Notes: generated by a model not told the origin, from the sequence alone. A stretch of DNA of 64,000 nt from Clostridia bacterium (GCA_045661045.1 JAZREZ010000051.1:23903-87902); one strand, 5' to 3'; shown: positions 19,916 through 30,930, numbered from the stretch's first letter. Numbers and translations are program-made.

Positions 19916-20575
19916 TTGACAGGAGTGAATTTAAAAGTGGAAAATACTTATCTTGAAAACAATAGGGTTTCTTTGCTTGGTACAGTTGATTCAGAACTTA
20001 CATTTTCACATATGATATATGGTGAAAAATTTTACTTATTCAAATTAAAAGTGCCTCGTTTGAGTGAAAATTTTGATTTGATAAACATTACAATTTCGGA
20101 GCGGTTTTTCCCGCTTAAAAAACCCGAATACGGAGATTTTGTTAAAATTTCGGGGCAGTTTCGCTCCTATAATAATTTTTCGGGAGTAGGCAACCGCCTT
20201 GTTCTTACCGTCTTTGTAAAAGAAATAGATACTGTTTCTTCAGATGACGATACTGATAATCCGAATCGTATTTTTTTAAATGGTTATATCTGCAAAGAAC
20301 CTATTTATCGAACCACACCATTCCAGCGTGAAATTGCAGATATTTTGCTTGCGGTAAACCGCTCTTATAACAAATCGGATTATATACCCTGCATTGCATG
20401 GGGCAGAAATGCAAAATATGCCGAAAGTCTGCCCATCGGTTCAAATCTTCATATATGGGGGAGAATTCAAAGTCGCGAATACCAGAAAAGAATAAGCGAC
20501 GAAGAATTTGAAACAAAAACCGCTTATGAAATTTCGGTAAGCAAGTTAGAAGCCGCAACACCCGAAGAAATTTAA
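19916..20575 (+). CDS. Tandem OB-fold single-stranded-DNA-binding-like protein
   Basis: Contains two internally similar halves. The first runs NRVSLLGTV...GEKFYLFKLKVPRLSENFDLINITI...ISGQFRSYNN...RLVLTVFV. The second runs NRIFLNGYI...ILLAVNRSYNKSDYIPCIAWGRNA...IWGRIQSREY. There is no acidic DDDIPF-type tail. The start codon is uncertain (TTG 19916 or GTG 19937). Confidence 0.55.
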   Translation: MTGVNLKVENTYLENNRVSLLGTVDSELTFSHMIYGEKFYLFKLKVPRLSENFDLINITISERFFPLKKPEYGDFVKISGQFRSYNNFSGVGNRLVLTVFVKEIDTVSSDDDTDNPNRIFLNGYICKEPIYRTTPFQREIADILLAVNRSYNKSDYIPCIAWGRNAKYAESLPIGSNLHIWGRIQSREYQKRISDEEFETKTAYEISVSKLEAATPEEI

Positions 20576-20608
20576 AAAGAAGATGCGAAAAATCGCATCT
20601 TCTTTTTT
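20574..20608. terminator. Bidirectional intrinsic terminator between convergent genes
   Basis: AAAAA-GAAGATGCGA-aaaa-TCGCATCTTC-TTTTTT. Confidence 0.8.
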
Positions 20609-21995
20609 ATCTCTCGTCAATCGGAGTATAACTCAATCTTTTTACCGTGCTCTTATATGCAGGACGAATAATTTTACTGCTTGTCATTATCTCCTCCATA
20701 CGATGCGCACACCAGCCAACTATTCTTGACATTGCAAAAATAGGGGTATAAAGTTCCTGTGGAAGCTTCAGCATCTGGTAGACAAGCCCTGAATAAAAGT
20801 CAACATTTGCACACATTTCCTTTTCAATTCCCTTTACCTCACGGAATGCGATAGGAGCAAGTCTTTGTACCAAATCATAAAGTTCGAACTCTTTTTCATG
20901 GTCGGTAACCGCCGCAAGTTCTTTTGCTCTTTCTTTAAGAATTGTGGTACGCGGGTCTGATATCGTATAGACAGCGTGACCTATACCATAGATAAGTCCC
21001 TTTCCGTCGCCCGCCTCTTTTCTTAAAATCTTTTTAAGATACTCTAAAACTTCTTCTTCGTTTGTCCAATCCTTAACATTTGTTTTAATCTCTTCCATCT
21101 GAGATAGCATCTTATTATTTGCACCGCCGTGCTTTGGTCCCTTTAAAGAACCAACCGATGCAGATATTGCAGAATATGTATCAGTTCCCGTTGAGGATAA
21201 AACCCTGACAGTAAACGCTGAGTTATTACCTCCACCGTGTTCTGCCTGAAGTATCATTGATAAATCAAGAGCCTCTGCCTCAAGCTTTGTGAACTTTTTA
21301 TTTGGTCTTATCATATATAAAAAGTTTTCCGCGGTTGAAAGCTCGGGGTTTGGATTATGAAGAACAAGACTCTCCCCATCAAAATAGTGCCTTTTACAGC
21401 TATACGCATTTGCAACCAGAACAGGAAATCTTGCGATAAGGTCAAGACTCTGTCTTAAAAGGTTAGGAACTGATATATCATCGGGATTATCGTCATAAGA
21501 ATAAAGAGCAAGTACCGAACGACCAAGCTTATTCATAATATTTTTACTTGGCGCTTTAAATATCATATCCTCGGTAAATTCATCGGGCAAACTACGCTTT
21601 TTCGCTATAAACTGAGAAAATTCAGCCAGCATCTCTTTATCAGGCAGATAGCCGAACATAAGCAAAAATGCTGTTTCCTCAAAACCAAATCTTTCTTCTT
21701 TCTGACACGCCTTGACAACATCCTCTATATCAATACCGCGATAACGAAGCTTTCCCGGAACCGGTGATTTATTACCCTCGTCAAGCACATATCCGTGAAC
21801 TTCACCTATTGATGTAAAACCCGCAAGCACACCTGTACCATCGGCGTTTCTGAGCCCTGATTTTACATTATAATTTGTATAATAATGTGACGGAATAGAA
21901 TTCCATGTTGTAGTATGATCGTGAATTAAGTCAATGTATTTATCAATACTTTCGTCCATATCACTCTGCATAGCCCTGAATTCGTATTTATCCAT
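20607..21995 (-). CDS. gltA: Citrate synthase
   Basis: AEHGGGNNSAF and GIGHAVYT motifs. Start is placed at ATG 21995 (MDKYEF) behind GAGGTGGAAGG. Confidence 0.9.
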   Translation of the reverse strand: MDKYEFRAMQSDMDESIDKYIDLIHDHTTTWNSIPSHYYTNYNVKSGLRNADGTGVLAGFTSIGEVHGYVLDEGNKSPVPGKLRYRGIDIEDVVKACQKEERFGFEETAFLLMFGYLPDKEMLAEFSQFIAKKRSLPDEFTEDMIFKAPSKNIMNKLGRSVLALYSYDDNPDDISVPNLLRQSLDLIARFPVLVANAYSCKRHYFDGESLVLHNPNPELSTAENFLYMIRPNKKFTKLEAEALDLSMILQAEHGGGNNSAFTVRVLSSTGTDTYSAISASVGSLKGPKHGGANNKMLSQMEEIKTNVKDWTNEEEVLEYLKKILRKEAGDGKGLIYGIGHAVYTISDPRTTILKERAKELAAVTDHEKEFELYDLVQRLAPIAFREVKGIEKEMCANVDFYSGLVYQMLKLPQELYTPIFAMSRIVGWCAHRMEEIMTSSKIIRPAYKSTVKRLSYTPIDER

Positions 21996-22052
21996 ACCTT
22001 CCACCTCTTTTTTATAATTAAGCCAATATTATACACTAAAATTTGCCTTTAG

Positions 22053-23795
22053 TCAACTATTTTCCTCAGGTAATTCAGGAAGAACATAAACCGTGTTATA
22101 TTTATCGTAAATTACCATTCCGGGTTTTGCACCATTTGGCTTTTTAACATTTTTAACGATTGTGTAATCAACCGGAACCTGCGAAGAATTTTTACCCTTA
22201 CTGTAATATGCCGCAATCTTTGCCGCCTGCATAAGCGTTGTATCCGGGGCTTCTCCGCTGCCTTTTGTTCTTACTATGGTATGCGACCCTGGGATATTTT
22301 TTGTGTGAAACCATATATCGGTTGAATACGCCGTTTTAAGAGTAAGCTCATCATTCTGGCGGTTGTTTCTTCCGACTAAAATTTCAAATCCGTCAACCGA
22401 TATGAATTTTATCGGTTCTGACTTTTTCTCTTGTTTCTTCTTTTGAGCAATCTTCGGAAGATACCCCTCATTTGCAAGTTCAATTCTTATCTCATCAAGT
22501 TCTGCGGGAGTTTCAGCTTTTTCAAGATTTTCAAGAACACTCTCCAAATAATACTTTTCTTCCTCCGCTATACCTATTTGCTCTGTTGCATACTGCTCAG
22601 TCGTCTTGGCTTTGCTATACTTTTTATAATATTTTTGCGCATTCTGCGACGGACTTATATCCTCCTGAAGCGGAATTTCAATTTCCTCTCCGTTTGCATA
22701 AAAATTCTCGACCACAGCTGACTTCATCCCGTACTTAATTCTATACATATTAGCCGTAATTAAGTCGCCATACATCTTAAATTTTTCTCTGTCCTTGCTC
22801 TCCTCTAAATTTTCACGATGAAGCGCCAGCTTTTTCTCGCATCTTTCAATATTGTTATGCACAAGCTTTACAAAAGCCGCCGAGCGTCTGTTCATAAACT
22901 CTCTGTTGCTGCGTTTTTCATAAAAGCTGTCAATGACTGCGCTTACTGACGGATTTTCGTAAAACTCCGAAGAATTTTCATACTGCATAAGACTTACGCA
23001 AGAAAACGCAATCGGTTTTTTCTCCCTTTTATCTATTATGAGTGTTGGAGAGAATTTATTCTCGGTAATACCTTTTAAAAATTCTGTTGTGTGCAGAACA
23101 AATGCCGCAACATCCGCTTCACCCTTTGTTACTTTTGTGTGACCCGAAAAGCGATACACAATTTCTCTTGCAAGCAAAGGACTCATTCCCATAAAAATAG
23201 ATACCAAAAATTTATCAAGCAATTCATCATCAGCAAGCTTTTCTATCTCGCGCATAAGTTCAATATCCGAAACCGCATCGGGAGATAATTTATCCTGAAC
23301 GGGCGACTCTTCATAAATAAGTCCCGGCAAAATCTGCCTTACCGCACTGACAGTAAAATCAATGTGCTTTGCACTGTCCATTATTTTGTTATTTTCGTCT
23401 GTTAAGATAATGTTACTGTGTCTGCCCATTATCTCAACAATTACGGATTTTACGCATATATCGCCAAGCTCATTTCGGGTTTCGATATCGAGTCTTACAA
23501 CTCTGTCAAATCCGCGTTGAGTTATACCTGTAATCACCCCGCCGCATAAATGCTTTCTCATAAGCATACAAAGCATAGGCGGTGTCATTGGATTTTCTCG
23601 CTGAACCGCCGTTAAATGAAATCTCGGATTAGATGCACTTGCAGACAGCAAAAGACGATAATTACCCTCACGGGTTCTTATTGATAAAATAAGCTCTTCC
23701 CGCTCCGGCTGATAAACCTTATCGATTTTGCCGCCCAATATTTTTTCTTTAAGCTCCTCTGTTACGCTTCGGGTAACAAATCCATCAAATGACAT
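22053..23795 (-). CDS. rqcH: NFACT-family ribosome quality control protein RqcH (FbpA-like)
   Basis: MSFDGFVTRSVTEELKEKILGGKIDKVYQP is an NFACT-N start. A coiled-coil middle follows, then C-terminal DIWFHTKNIPGSHTIV. Confidence 0.85.
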   Translation of the reverse strand: MSFDGFVTRSVTEELKEKILGGKIDKVYQPEREELILSIRTREGNYRLLLSASASNPRFHLTAVQRENPMTPPMLCMLMRKHLCGGVITGITQRGFDRVVRLDIETRNELGDICVKSVIVEIMGRHSNIILTDENNKIMDSAKHIDFTVSAVRQILPGLIYEESPVQDKLSPDAVSDIELMREIEKLADDELLDKFLVSIFMGMSPLLAREIVYRFSGHTKVTKGEADVAAFVLHTTEFLKGITENKFSPTLIIDKREKKPIAFSCVSLMQYENSSEFYENPSVSAVIDSFYEKRSNREFMNRRSAAFVKLVHNNIERCEKKLALHRENLEESKDREKFKMYGDLITANMYRIKYGMKSAVVENFYANGEEIEIPLQEDISPSQNAQKYYKKYSKAKTTEQYATEQIGIAEEEKYYLESVLENLEKAETPAELDEIRIELANEGYLPKIAQKKKQEKKSEPIKFISVDGFEILVGRNNRQNDELTLKTAYSTDIWFHTKNIPGSHTIVRTKGSGEAPDTTLMQAAKIAAYYSKGKNSSQVPVDYTIVKNVKKPNGAKPGMVIYDKYNTVYVLPELPEENS

Positions 23796-23846
23796 AATAA
23801 TCTGCCTTTCCAAAAAAGGCTGTGACATATTGTCACAGCCCCAAAA

Positions 23847-24980
23847 TTACGCTTTTTTAAGAGCCTCTGCCTTATCAGTTTTCTCCCAAGGCAGATCCAA
23901 ATCGTTTCTTCCAAAGTGTCCGTAAGCTGCAGTTTGTGTGTAAATCGGGCGTCTTAAATCAAGTCCGTTTATGATGCCGCTTGGTGTCAAATCAAACACC
24001 TTTGACACTCTGTCGCAAATCTCTGCATCACTTATTGTGCCCGTACCTCTTGTGTCTATTCTGAGAGATACCGGTTCTGCTACACCGATTGCGTATGCAA
24101 GCTGAACCTCACAAGCCTTGGCAAGTCCTGCCGCAACTACATTCTTTGCAACATAGCGTGCTGCATACGCCGCACTTCTGTCAACCTTTGTGGGATCTTT
24201 GCCCGAGAAAGCACCGCCACCGTGACTTGCGTAACCGCCATAAGTATCAACGATAATCTTTCTTCCGGTATGTCCTGAGTCACCCTGAGGACCGCCAACT
24301 ACAAATCTTCCCGTCGGGTTTATGAAATATTTTGTATCCTCATCAAGCAAGTCTTTGTCAATTACAGGGAGGATAACCTCATTCATAATATCCTTGCGCA
24401 ATTCCTCAATATCCATATCCTCGTGCTGGGTGGATACTACAACTGTGTCTATTCTTTTAACGCTTCCGTCCTGATTGTATTCAACCGTCACCTGAGCCTT
24501 TCCGTCAGGGCGCAGATATTTAAGTGTACCATTCTTACGAACCTCTGTAAGCTTTAATGTAAGCTTATGAGAAAGCGCTATCGGAAGCGGCATATATTCA
24601 TCTGTTTCGTCGCAAGCAAAACCAAACATCATTCCCTGGTCGCCCGCACCAAGAGCATCGACTCCCATTGCAATATCGGGGGACTGCTTATCAAGAGCAG
24701 TTATTACCGCACATGTATCGCAATCAAATCCGTATTTAGCTCTGTCATAACCGATACCTCTGACAGTTTCTCTTACTATCTCCTGAATATCAATGCTCGC
24801 ATTAGTGGTTATTTCGCCAACTACAAGCACAAGTCCCGTAGTCACGGTAACCTCACAAGCTACTCTCGAATTTTTATCCTGAGCCAGAATCGCATCAAGT
24901 ATTGCATCTGATATTATATCACATATTTTATCGGGATGTCCTTCAGTTACAGATTCTGATGTAAATAATCTCTTATACAT
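23847..24980 (-). CDS. metK: S-adenosylmethionine synthase
   Basis: [18 protein letters not shown] and [19 protein letters not shown] motifs. Only 13 nt separate it from tmk, so there is no room for a SAM riboswitch. Confidence 0.95.
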   Translation of the reverse strand: MYKRLFTSESVTEGHPDKICDIISDAILDAILAQDKNSRVACEVTVTTGLVLVVGEITTNASIDIQEIVRETVRGIGYDRAKYGFDCDTCAVITALDKQSPDIAMGVDALGAGDQGMMFGFACDETDEYMPLPIALSHKLTLKLTEVRKNGTLKYLRPDGKAQVTVEYNQDGSVKRIDTVVVSTQHEDMDIEELRKDIMNEVILPVIDKDLLDEDTKYFINPTGRFVVGGPQGDSGHTGRKIIVDTYGGYASHGGGAFSGKDPTKVDRSAAYAARYVAKNVVAAGLAKACEVQLAYAIGVAEPVSLRIDTRGTGTISDAEICDRVSKVFDLTPSGIINGLDLRRPIYTQTAAYGHFGRNDLDLPWEKTDKAEALKKA

Positions 24981-24993
24981 TTTTATCTTCCTT

Positions 24994-25605
24994 TCACAGC
25001 AATTCTTTTATAGCATTAAACACATTTTCAACACCTGTGTTTGCATCAATTATCGCTATATTATGTTCCTCGCTTAATCTGTTAAAAACCGCCAAAAAGT
25101 TATTTCTTATCTGTCGCATCTTTTCGGCATCTTTTTCATAAAGCTCGGGCTTTTCACGAACCTCATCAATACGCTTTTTGCAGGTATCGGGATTTACATC
25201 CAAAAATACACAAAGGTCAGGCTTTAATATCGCTTCACATTCAAGGTTGCTTCTCATAACCCAATCAATGTCTGTTGCCGTGCCTTGATACGCAAACGAA
25301 GAATAATAATATCTGTCACATACAACCGTATATCCATCATTTAAGTATTTGTTTATGCCAAATTCAGGGTGAGTTATATGTTCAAGGCGGTCTGCCAGAA
25401 AAAGTGCTGCCTGAAGATACATATCCTTGCTTAAGCTGTCAGACAAAATCCGTCTTAAATATGCACCCGTTTCAAAATTGGTGGGTTCAGCAGTAATATA
25501 TACCTTTTGACCTCTTTTTTCAAGCTCTTCCTTGATGAGCTTGATTTGAGTGCTCTTGCCGCAACCATCAAGCCCCTCGACTACAATAAACTTACCTCTG
25601 TTCAC
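24994..25605 (-). CDS. tmk: Thymidylate (dTMP) kinase
   Basis: P-loop [12 protein letters not shown]. The start is tentatively GTG 25605 ([11 protein letters not shown]), because the predicted promoter would begin the transcript near the upstream ATG 25644. Confidence 0.8.
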   Translation of the reverse strand: MNRGKFIVVEGLDGCGKSTQIKLIKEELEKRGQKVYITAEPTNFETGAYLRRILSDSLSKDMYLQAALFLADRLEHITHPEFGINKYLNDGYTVVCDRYYYSSFAYQGTATDIDWVMRSNLECEAILKPDLCVFLDVNPDTCKKRIDEVREKPELYEKDAEKMRQIRNNFLAVFNRLSEEHNIAIIDANTGVENVFNAIKELL

Positions 25606-25647
25606 AACAAATACCAAGCCTTTCGCCTTTTTTCGTTTCAACATCTT

Positions 25648-25676
25648 ATTATAACTAATATAAAACAAAAAAGCAA
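25648..25676 (-). promoter_or_regulatory. SigA-type promoter for tmk-metK: TTGCTT, 17-bp spacer, TATAAT
   Basis: Minus strand reads TTGCTTttttgttttatattagtTATAAT. Confidence 0.5.
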
Positions 25677-25773
25677 CTATTTTTACAAAAAAATATCCAA
25701 AAAGAAATCCTTGCGGATTTTTCTGTTATGTGCTATAATATCGTTTGTAAAATTTACAGAGGAGTGTCGTTTT

Positions 25774-26754
25774 ATGCGAATAGGAATTTTAGGTTACGGA
25801 AATTTAGGCAGAGGCGTTGAATGTGCAATCAAACAAAACTCCGATATGGAGCTTGTCGCAGTTTTCTCCCGCCGCCCGCCTGATTCAGTAAAGATTTTGA
25901 CAGACGGCGTGCCCGTTTACCATATAAATGAGCTTAAAAATATGCAGGATAAAATTGATGTTTTAATTTTATGCGGCGGTAGCGCTACTGACCTTCCGGT
26001 GCAGACTCCTGAATACGCAAAGCTTTTTAATGTAGTTGACAGTTTTGACACCCATGCAAAAATCCCCGAGCATTTTGAAAATGTTGATAAATCAGCAAAA
26101 CTCGGTGAAAAAGTTGCAATTATTTCTGTTGGTTGGGACCCGGGTATGTTCTCTCTTAATCGTATGTACGCAGGGGCTGTTCTTCCAAACGGTAATGATT
26201 ATACATTTTGGGGCAAAGGTGTAAGCCAGGGACATTCGGATGCCATCAGAAGAATTGAAGGCGTTTTGGATGCGCGACAGTACACCGTTCCCGTGCCCGA
26301 TGCGCTTGAAGCGGTCAGAAACGGTGAAAACCCCGAACTTTCTACCCGCCAGAAACACACAAGAGAATGCTTTGTTGTAGCAGAAGATGGCGCCGACCTC
26401 GAAAGAATAGAAAACGAAATCAAAACTATGCCCAACTACTTTGCAGATTACGATACAACTGTTAACTTTATCTCTATGGAAGAGCTTAAAGAAAAGCATA
26501 TGGGTATTCCACACGGTGGTTTCGTCATAAGGAGCGGAAGCACAGGTTGGGACAACGAAAACAACCATATCATTGAATACAGCTTAAAGCTTGACTCAAA
26601 TCCCGAATTTACCGCATCTGTCATTGTGGCATATGCTCGTGCGGCATATAGAATGAACAAAGAGGGCATCAGCGGTTGCAAGACTGTACTTGATGTTCCA
26701 CCCGCTTATTTAAGTGCTAAATCCGGTGAAGAATTACGAAAAGAATTATTATAA
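25774..26754 (+). CDS. ddh: meso-Diaminopimelate D-dehydrogenase
   Basis: MRIGILGYGNLGRG Rossmann start, plus WDPGMFS and GVSQGHSDA motifs. AGAGGAG RBS. The 89-codon upstream extension in the ORF track is antisense to tmk and is discarded. Confidence 0.85.
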   Translation: MRIGILGYGNLGRGVECAIKQNSDMELVAVFSRRPPDSVKILTDGVPVYHINELKNMQDKIDVLILCGGSATDLPVQTPEYAKLFNVVDSFDTHAKIPEHFENVDKSAKLGEKVAIISVGWDPGMFSLNRMYAGAVLPNGNDYTFWGKGVSQGHSDAIRRIEGVLDARQYTVPVPDALEAVRNGENPELSTRQKHTRECFVVAEDGADLERIENEIKTMPNYFADYDTTVNFISMEELKEKHMGIPHGGFVIRSGSTGWDNENNHIIEYSLKLDSNPEFTASVIVAYARAAYRMNKEGISGCKTVLDVPPAYLSAKSGEELRKELL

Positions 26755-26790
26755 AAAGATGCACCCTCTAAAGGGTGCATCTTCTATTTT
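26753..26790. terminator. Bidirectional intrinsic terminator
   Basis: AAAAAGATGCACCCT-ctaa-AGGGTGCATCTT. Confidence 0.75.
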
Positions 26791-28013
26791 GACGAAAAAT
26801 ATTTTTTGATATAAATCAGCAAACCAATTCCCAAAATCGGAAAGATTGCGGCAACAAGCATTCCTGCTTTCATAGCAATTTGTTCGGTTGAAAGAGCTGA
26901 TATTGCGCCTATATGTGCCGCCCAGCTACTCGCAGATACTGCATCCACCACAACCCCTAAAAGCTGAGGTGCAACCGATGCGCCAAAATCACCGCCTGCC
27001 GCCATAAGAGCATACGCTGCAACCCCGACATTCGGGATTTTTTCTTCCATTAAAATCAGCGTTCCCGGCCAGAGCATAGATGTGCAAAGTCCCACAAGCA
27101 CACAGGCAATGGTTGAAACAACAAGGTTTTCAGAAAGACCCGTTACAATATAGCAAACAGATGCGCCAATCATTCCAAGTAATAGTACATTTGATATATT
27201 TTTTCCGTATTTTGCATAGCAGGTTCTGCCTACACCCAAAAGTACTGCAAACAATGCCATTCCGATTATATCGCCCGTCATTTTAGGAATACCTAACGCA
27301 TTCTCCATATACCCTGAAATCCAATTCGTCATTGAATTTTCTGCTGCGCTTCCAAGGAAAATACAAAGCACACATAATATAATTCCCTTATTTCTGATAC
27401 CGCCTGAATTCGTGTTTTGCGATATATTCATTTGCGGCAGGGGCGATATGCAAAATGACACAAATGATATAATGGGCAAGAACGCCCAGAACAATGTCAG
27501 ATACATCCAATTTTCTGCCCCGAATATCTTTAATATAACAGAGCTTAAAACAACTACCATAACCACGCCGTAGGCATAGAGCGAATGAAGTATACTCATA
27601 TCCTTTTCGGGATTTTCAGATGGTATTGCGGCAACGAGCGGACTTAACAAAACTTCGGAAAATCCTGCCGAAACAGAGAATATAACAGTTCCTAAAAGCA
27701 AGCCTAAATACACAAAATCAGGCATAAGAATTGGCGCCATTGCATATATCACAAGTCCGATTGTGGTCAGAAGCGGCATTATTCTTATCGCCTTGTGTAC
27801 ATTAAACCGCTTTGAGAAAAATGTGAAAATTAAATCCACTATCAATTGTGTACAAAAGTTTACCAATACCAGCGTTCCTAAAAGTGTATACGAAATGTTA
27901 TACATTTCTCTGAACGTCAAAAACAATATTGGCGGCAGAGCAAAAACTGATGACATTGCAAGATATGTATAGTAACAAGTATATTTTGTTCTTTTAAATT
28001 TATTATGCGACAT
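26784..28013 (-). CDS. MFS-type transporter
   Basis: 409 aa with about 12 TM helices. No substrate assignment is possible. Confidence 0.55.
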   Translation of the reverse strand: MSHNKFKRTKYTCYYTYLAMSSVFALPPILFLTFREMYNISYTLLGTLVLVNFCTQLIVDLIFTFFSKRFNVHKAIRIMPLLTTIGLVIYAMAPILMPDFVYLGLLLGTVIFSVSAGFSEVLLSPLVAAIPSENPEKDMSILHSLYAYGVVMVVVLSSVILKIFGAENWMYLTLFWAFLPIISFVSFCISPLPQMNISQNTNSGGIRNKGIILCVLCIFLGSAAENSMTNWISGYMENALGIPKMTGDIIGMALFAVLLGVGRTCYAKYGKNISNVLLLGMIGASVCYIVTGLSENLVVSTIACVLVGLCTSMLWPGTLILMEEKIPNVGVAAYALMAAGGDFGASVAPQLLGVVVDAVSASSWAAHIGAISALSTEQIAMKAGMLVAAIFPILGIGLLIYIKKYFSSK

Positions 28014-28074
28014 ATTATTTATCCTTTTTGCTCAAATTTACACAAGCTGATATCTTGTAAGTTGCAGGATTTTA

Positions 28075-29832
28075 TTATTCAATATAATATTTTTGCTTAT
28101 ATGACTCGTACATACCCTTAAACTCGGTTTCTCCGCCTGATTTGAGATGATTTAAATATTCGTGTGTTTCAAACGAATCGTGGTCGATTTCTATAAAGCA
28201 CACTGCAATATTTGAACAGTGGTCTGAAATTCTTTCATAGTTATTTAAAAGATCCGAAAGTATAAAACCAAGTTCCATAGTACAGTCACCCTGAGTAAGT
28301 CTTGAGATATGACCATTTTTGATTTTTCTTTTAAGTCTGTCAATAACCTGTTCAAGTGGTTCAACGCATTTTGCGGTTTCGATATCATCATCCACAAGTG
28401 CCTTTATTGCAAGCACTAAAATTTCCGCCACAGCATTTGTGATAATCTCTATATCCTTTGTGGCTTTGCTTGAAAACTTAAGCTGCTTATCGTGCATTTC
28501 CTTTGCGGCCTCAGCGATTTTTAATGCGTGGTCCGAAATTCTCTCAATATCACCGATGCAATGAAGAAGCTCTGTTACAATCTTACTGTCCTTTGCAGAC
28601 ATTTGTGTTGCGGCAATTTTCACAAGATATGTGCTTGTTTTATCTTCATACTGGTCAATGCTGGTTTCAAGCTCATTGATTTTTTCAAATTCCGCCATAT
28701 CGAATTTTTCAAAAAGCTTTGTAGCTTTTATAAAAGCTTCGTTTGCAATATTTGCCATATCGCACACAAGCTCTCTACATTTTTCAACTGCAAATGATGG
28801 CATTGACAAAAATCTGTCATCAAGTGTTGCGAAAGCATCTGCTTCTTTTTCTTCTTTTTTGTTCTTAATAGTTTTAAGCATAAGTCTTTCGATATATGAG
28901 CAGAATGGTAGCAAAATAATAGTTGAAAAAATATTAAACAAGGTATGTACCACCGCTATATTAACCGCACTCACCTGCTGAGTCATAAAGTCAAAGTCGA
29001 TAAAATAATTCAGCAAATAGAATATTCCCGCAACAACAATTACGCCTATCATTTTTATATAAAGGCAGGCGAATGCCACACGCTTTGATTCTGTATTTCC
29101 GCTTATTGCAGAAATAATAGGAGTAATCGTTGTACCGATATTCTGACCGAGTATTACGGGAATAGCGGTAGAATACGGAATTATACAAGAGAGTGAAAGC
29201 GCCTGCAAAACACCAACAGATGCAGAAGACGACTGAATGATTGCAGTAAATATTGTTCCGACAAGGATACCCATAATCGGGTTTGAGAACATTGTAAGAA
29301 GGTTTGTAAATGTTGCGTTATCTCTTAAACCCTCAACCGATGCACTCATCGTTTCCATACCAAACATCAAAATTGCAAATCCAATCAGTATTGTTCCTGT
29401 ATTTCTTCTTTTGTCATTTTTGGCAAGCATTATCATTATAAGACCGATTATTGCAAGAATTGGGGTAAAAGATTCCGGTTTAAAAAGCTTAATCAGCATT
29501 GCTGTACCTTTAATATCAGCCGTACTCAAAAGCCAAGAAGTAACGGTTGTGCCGATATTTGCACCCATAATTATACTGATTGTCTGACCAAGCTTCATAA
29601 TGCCTGAATTAACAAAGCCAACAAGCATAACAGTGGTTGCAGACGACGATTGAATAATCGCGGTCACAATCAAACCAAGTAAAAAGCCCCTCCATTTTGT
29701 TGATGTAAGTCGTGCAAGTATTGACTCAAGCTTGCCGCCTGCAAGCTTTTTAAGCCCATCTCCCATCAAATCCATACCATAAAGGAAAAGAGCAAGCCCT
29801 CCAATCAGACTTAAAATGGTAAAAATGTCCAT
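28075..29832 (-). CDS. Na/Pi cotransporter family protein with a C-terminal PhoU-like domain
   Basis: Duplicated QSSSATT / QSSSASV membrane repeats, and a C-terminal PhoU-like pair (ERISDHALKI, ERISDHCSNIA). Confidence 0.8.
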   Translation of the reverse strand: MDIFTILSLIGGLALFLYGMDLMGDGLKKLAGGKLESILARLTSTKWRGFLLGLIVTAIIQSSSATTVMLVGFVNSGIMKLGQTISIIMGANIGTTVTSWLLSTADIKGTAMLIKLFKPESFTPILAIIGLIMIMLAKNDKRRNTGTILIGFAILMFGMETMSASVEGLRDNATFTNLLTMFSNPIMGILVGTIFTAIIQSSSASVGVLQALSLSCIIPYSTAIPVILGQNIGTTITPIISAISGNTESKRVAFACLYIKMIGVIVVAGIFYLLNYFIDFDFMTQQVSAVNIAVVHTLFNIFSTIILLPFCSYIERLMLKTIKNKKEEKEADAFATLDDRFLSMPSFAVEKCRELVCDMANIANEAFIKATKLFEKFDMAEFEKINELETSIDQYEDKTSTYLVKIAATQMSAKDSKIVTELLHCIGDIERISDHALKIAEAAKEMHDKQLKFSSKATKDIEIITNAVAEILVLAIKALVDDDIETAKCVEPLEQVIDRLKRKIKNGHISRLTQGDCTMELGFILSDLLNNYERISDHCSNIAVCFIEIDHDSFETHEYLNHLKSGGETEFKGMYESYKQKYYIE

Positions 29833-29918
29833 AATATTCCTCCCGTTTTCTTTTGTAAGTCACATGAATTCATTATAACAAATGTTTTGACAAATTTCAA
29901 TAAAATTTTATGCTTTTA

Positions 29919-30866
29919 TTATACGATTCTCGAGCGGTTACCGCCCTCGATAAAGCTCTTGATATTTGCTGCAATTTCATCGATGCAACGCTGTCGCGCA
30001 TCGAGCGCACCCCACGCCATATGCGGCGTAAATATAACATTATCTCTGTTTAAAATTTTCTGATACGGATTATCCTCCATAAGTGGTTCAACCGAATAAA
30101 CATCTATGCCGAGTCCGCCTATTTTATTATTCAAAACCGCCTCGGATACTGCTTCCTCATCAAATACGGCACCACGCGCAACATTTATAAGTATTGCATT
30201 TTTCTTCATTTTTGAGAGTCTTTCTTCGTTTATCAGGTGATATGTGCCGTCATTGAGCGGAGTGTGCACGGTTATTATATCGCTTTGCTCACACAAAGTA
30301 TCGATATCGGTGCATTCAAAATCATCAACGGGCGTTCTTTTATATGCAAGCACACGACATCCCATAGCCTTTGCGATGCTTGCAACTTTACTGCCTATAG
30401 TTCCAAGTCCTACAACACCCCAAGTCATACCTGATATTTCGTGAAATACTGGCTTTACGCAGTTAAAAATTTTACTTTCTGTATATTTTCCTGATTTTAC
30501 ATAATTATCAAAGTCATTTAAGTTTGTTGCAAGCGAAAATACCATCGCAACCGTCAACTGCACAACGCTATCGGTTGAATATCCCGCAACATTGCAAACA
30601 GCAATGTTATGCTCACGGCAATACTCAACATCGACATTATCAAACCCCGTAGCAGTTATACAAATCAATTTTAGGTTTTTTGCGTATGGCAAATTATCTT
30701 TATTTAATTTTACTTTATTTAAAATAACAACCTCAGCATCCTTAATTCTTTCTATAACATCTTCCTGCATTGTAAGGTCATAAATCGTAACCTCGCCAAG
30801 TCTATGTATCAAGTCAAAATCAAGGTCATCTCCAAGTGTTGCAATATCTAAAACTGAAATTTTCAT
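29919..30866 (-). CDS. D-isomer-specific 2-hydroxyacid dehydrogenase (glycerate/hydroxypyruvate reductase-like)
   Basis: NAD-binding site VGLGTIGSKVA, plus ARGAVFDE and TPHMAWG. Start is at ATG 30866 behind GGGAGAAG. Confidence 0.8.
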   Translation of the reverse strand: MKISVLDIATLGDDLDFDLIHRLGEVTIYDLTMQEDVIERIKDAEVVILNKVKLNKDNLPYAKNLKLICITATGFDNVDVEYCREHNIAVCNVAGYSTDSVVQLTVAMVFSLATNLNDFDNYVKSGKYTESKIFNCVKPVFHEISGMTWGVVGLGTIGSKVASIAKAMGCRVLAYKRTPVDDFECTDIDTLCEQSDIITVHTPLNDGTYHLINEERLSKMKKNAILINVARGAVFDEEAVSEAVLNNKIGGLGIDVYSVEPLMEDNPYQKILNRDNVIFTPHMAWGALDARQRCIDEIAANIKSFIEGGNRSRIV

Positions 30867-30898
30867 AATATCTTCTCCCTGCATTTTACTTCGTATTT

Positions 30899-30927
30899 AT
30901 TATACAATAATAAATAATTTCTTGCAA
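30899..30927 (-). promoter_or_regulatory. SigA-type promoter: TTGCAA, 17-bp spacer, TATAAT
   Basis: Minus strand reads TTGCAAgaaattatttattattgTATAAT, upstream of the dehydrogenase gene. Confidence 0.55.
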
Positions 30928-30930
30928 CAT

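Noticed and set aside
25507-25773. 89-codon N-terminal extension of the ddh ORF.
   Set aside because: It is antisense to the tmk 5' end and promoter. The conserved Rossmann start MRIGILGYGN has its own AGAGGAG RBS at 25758.
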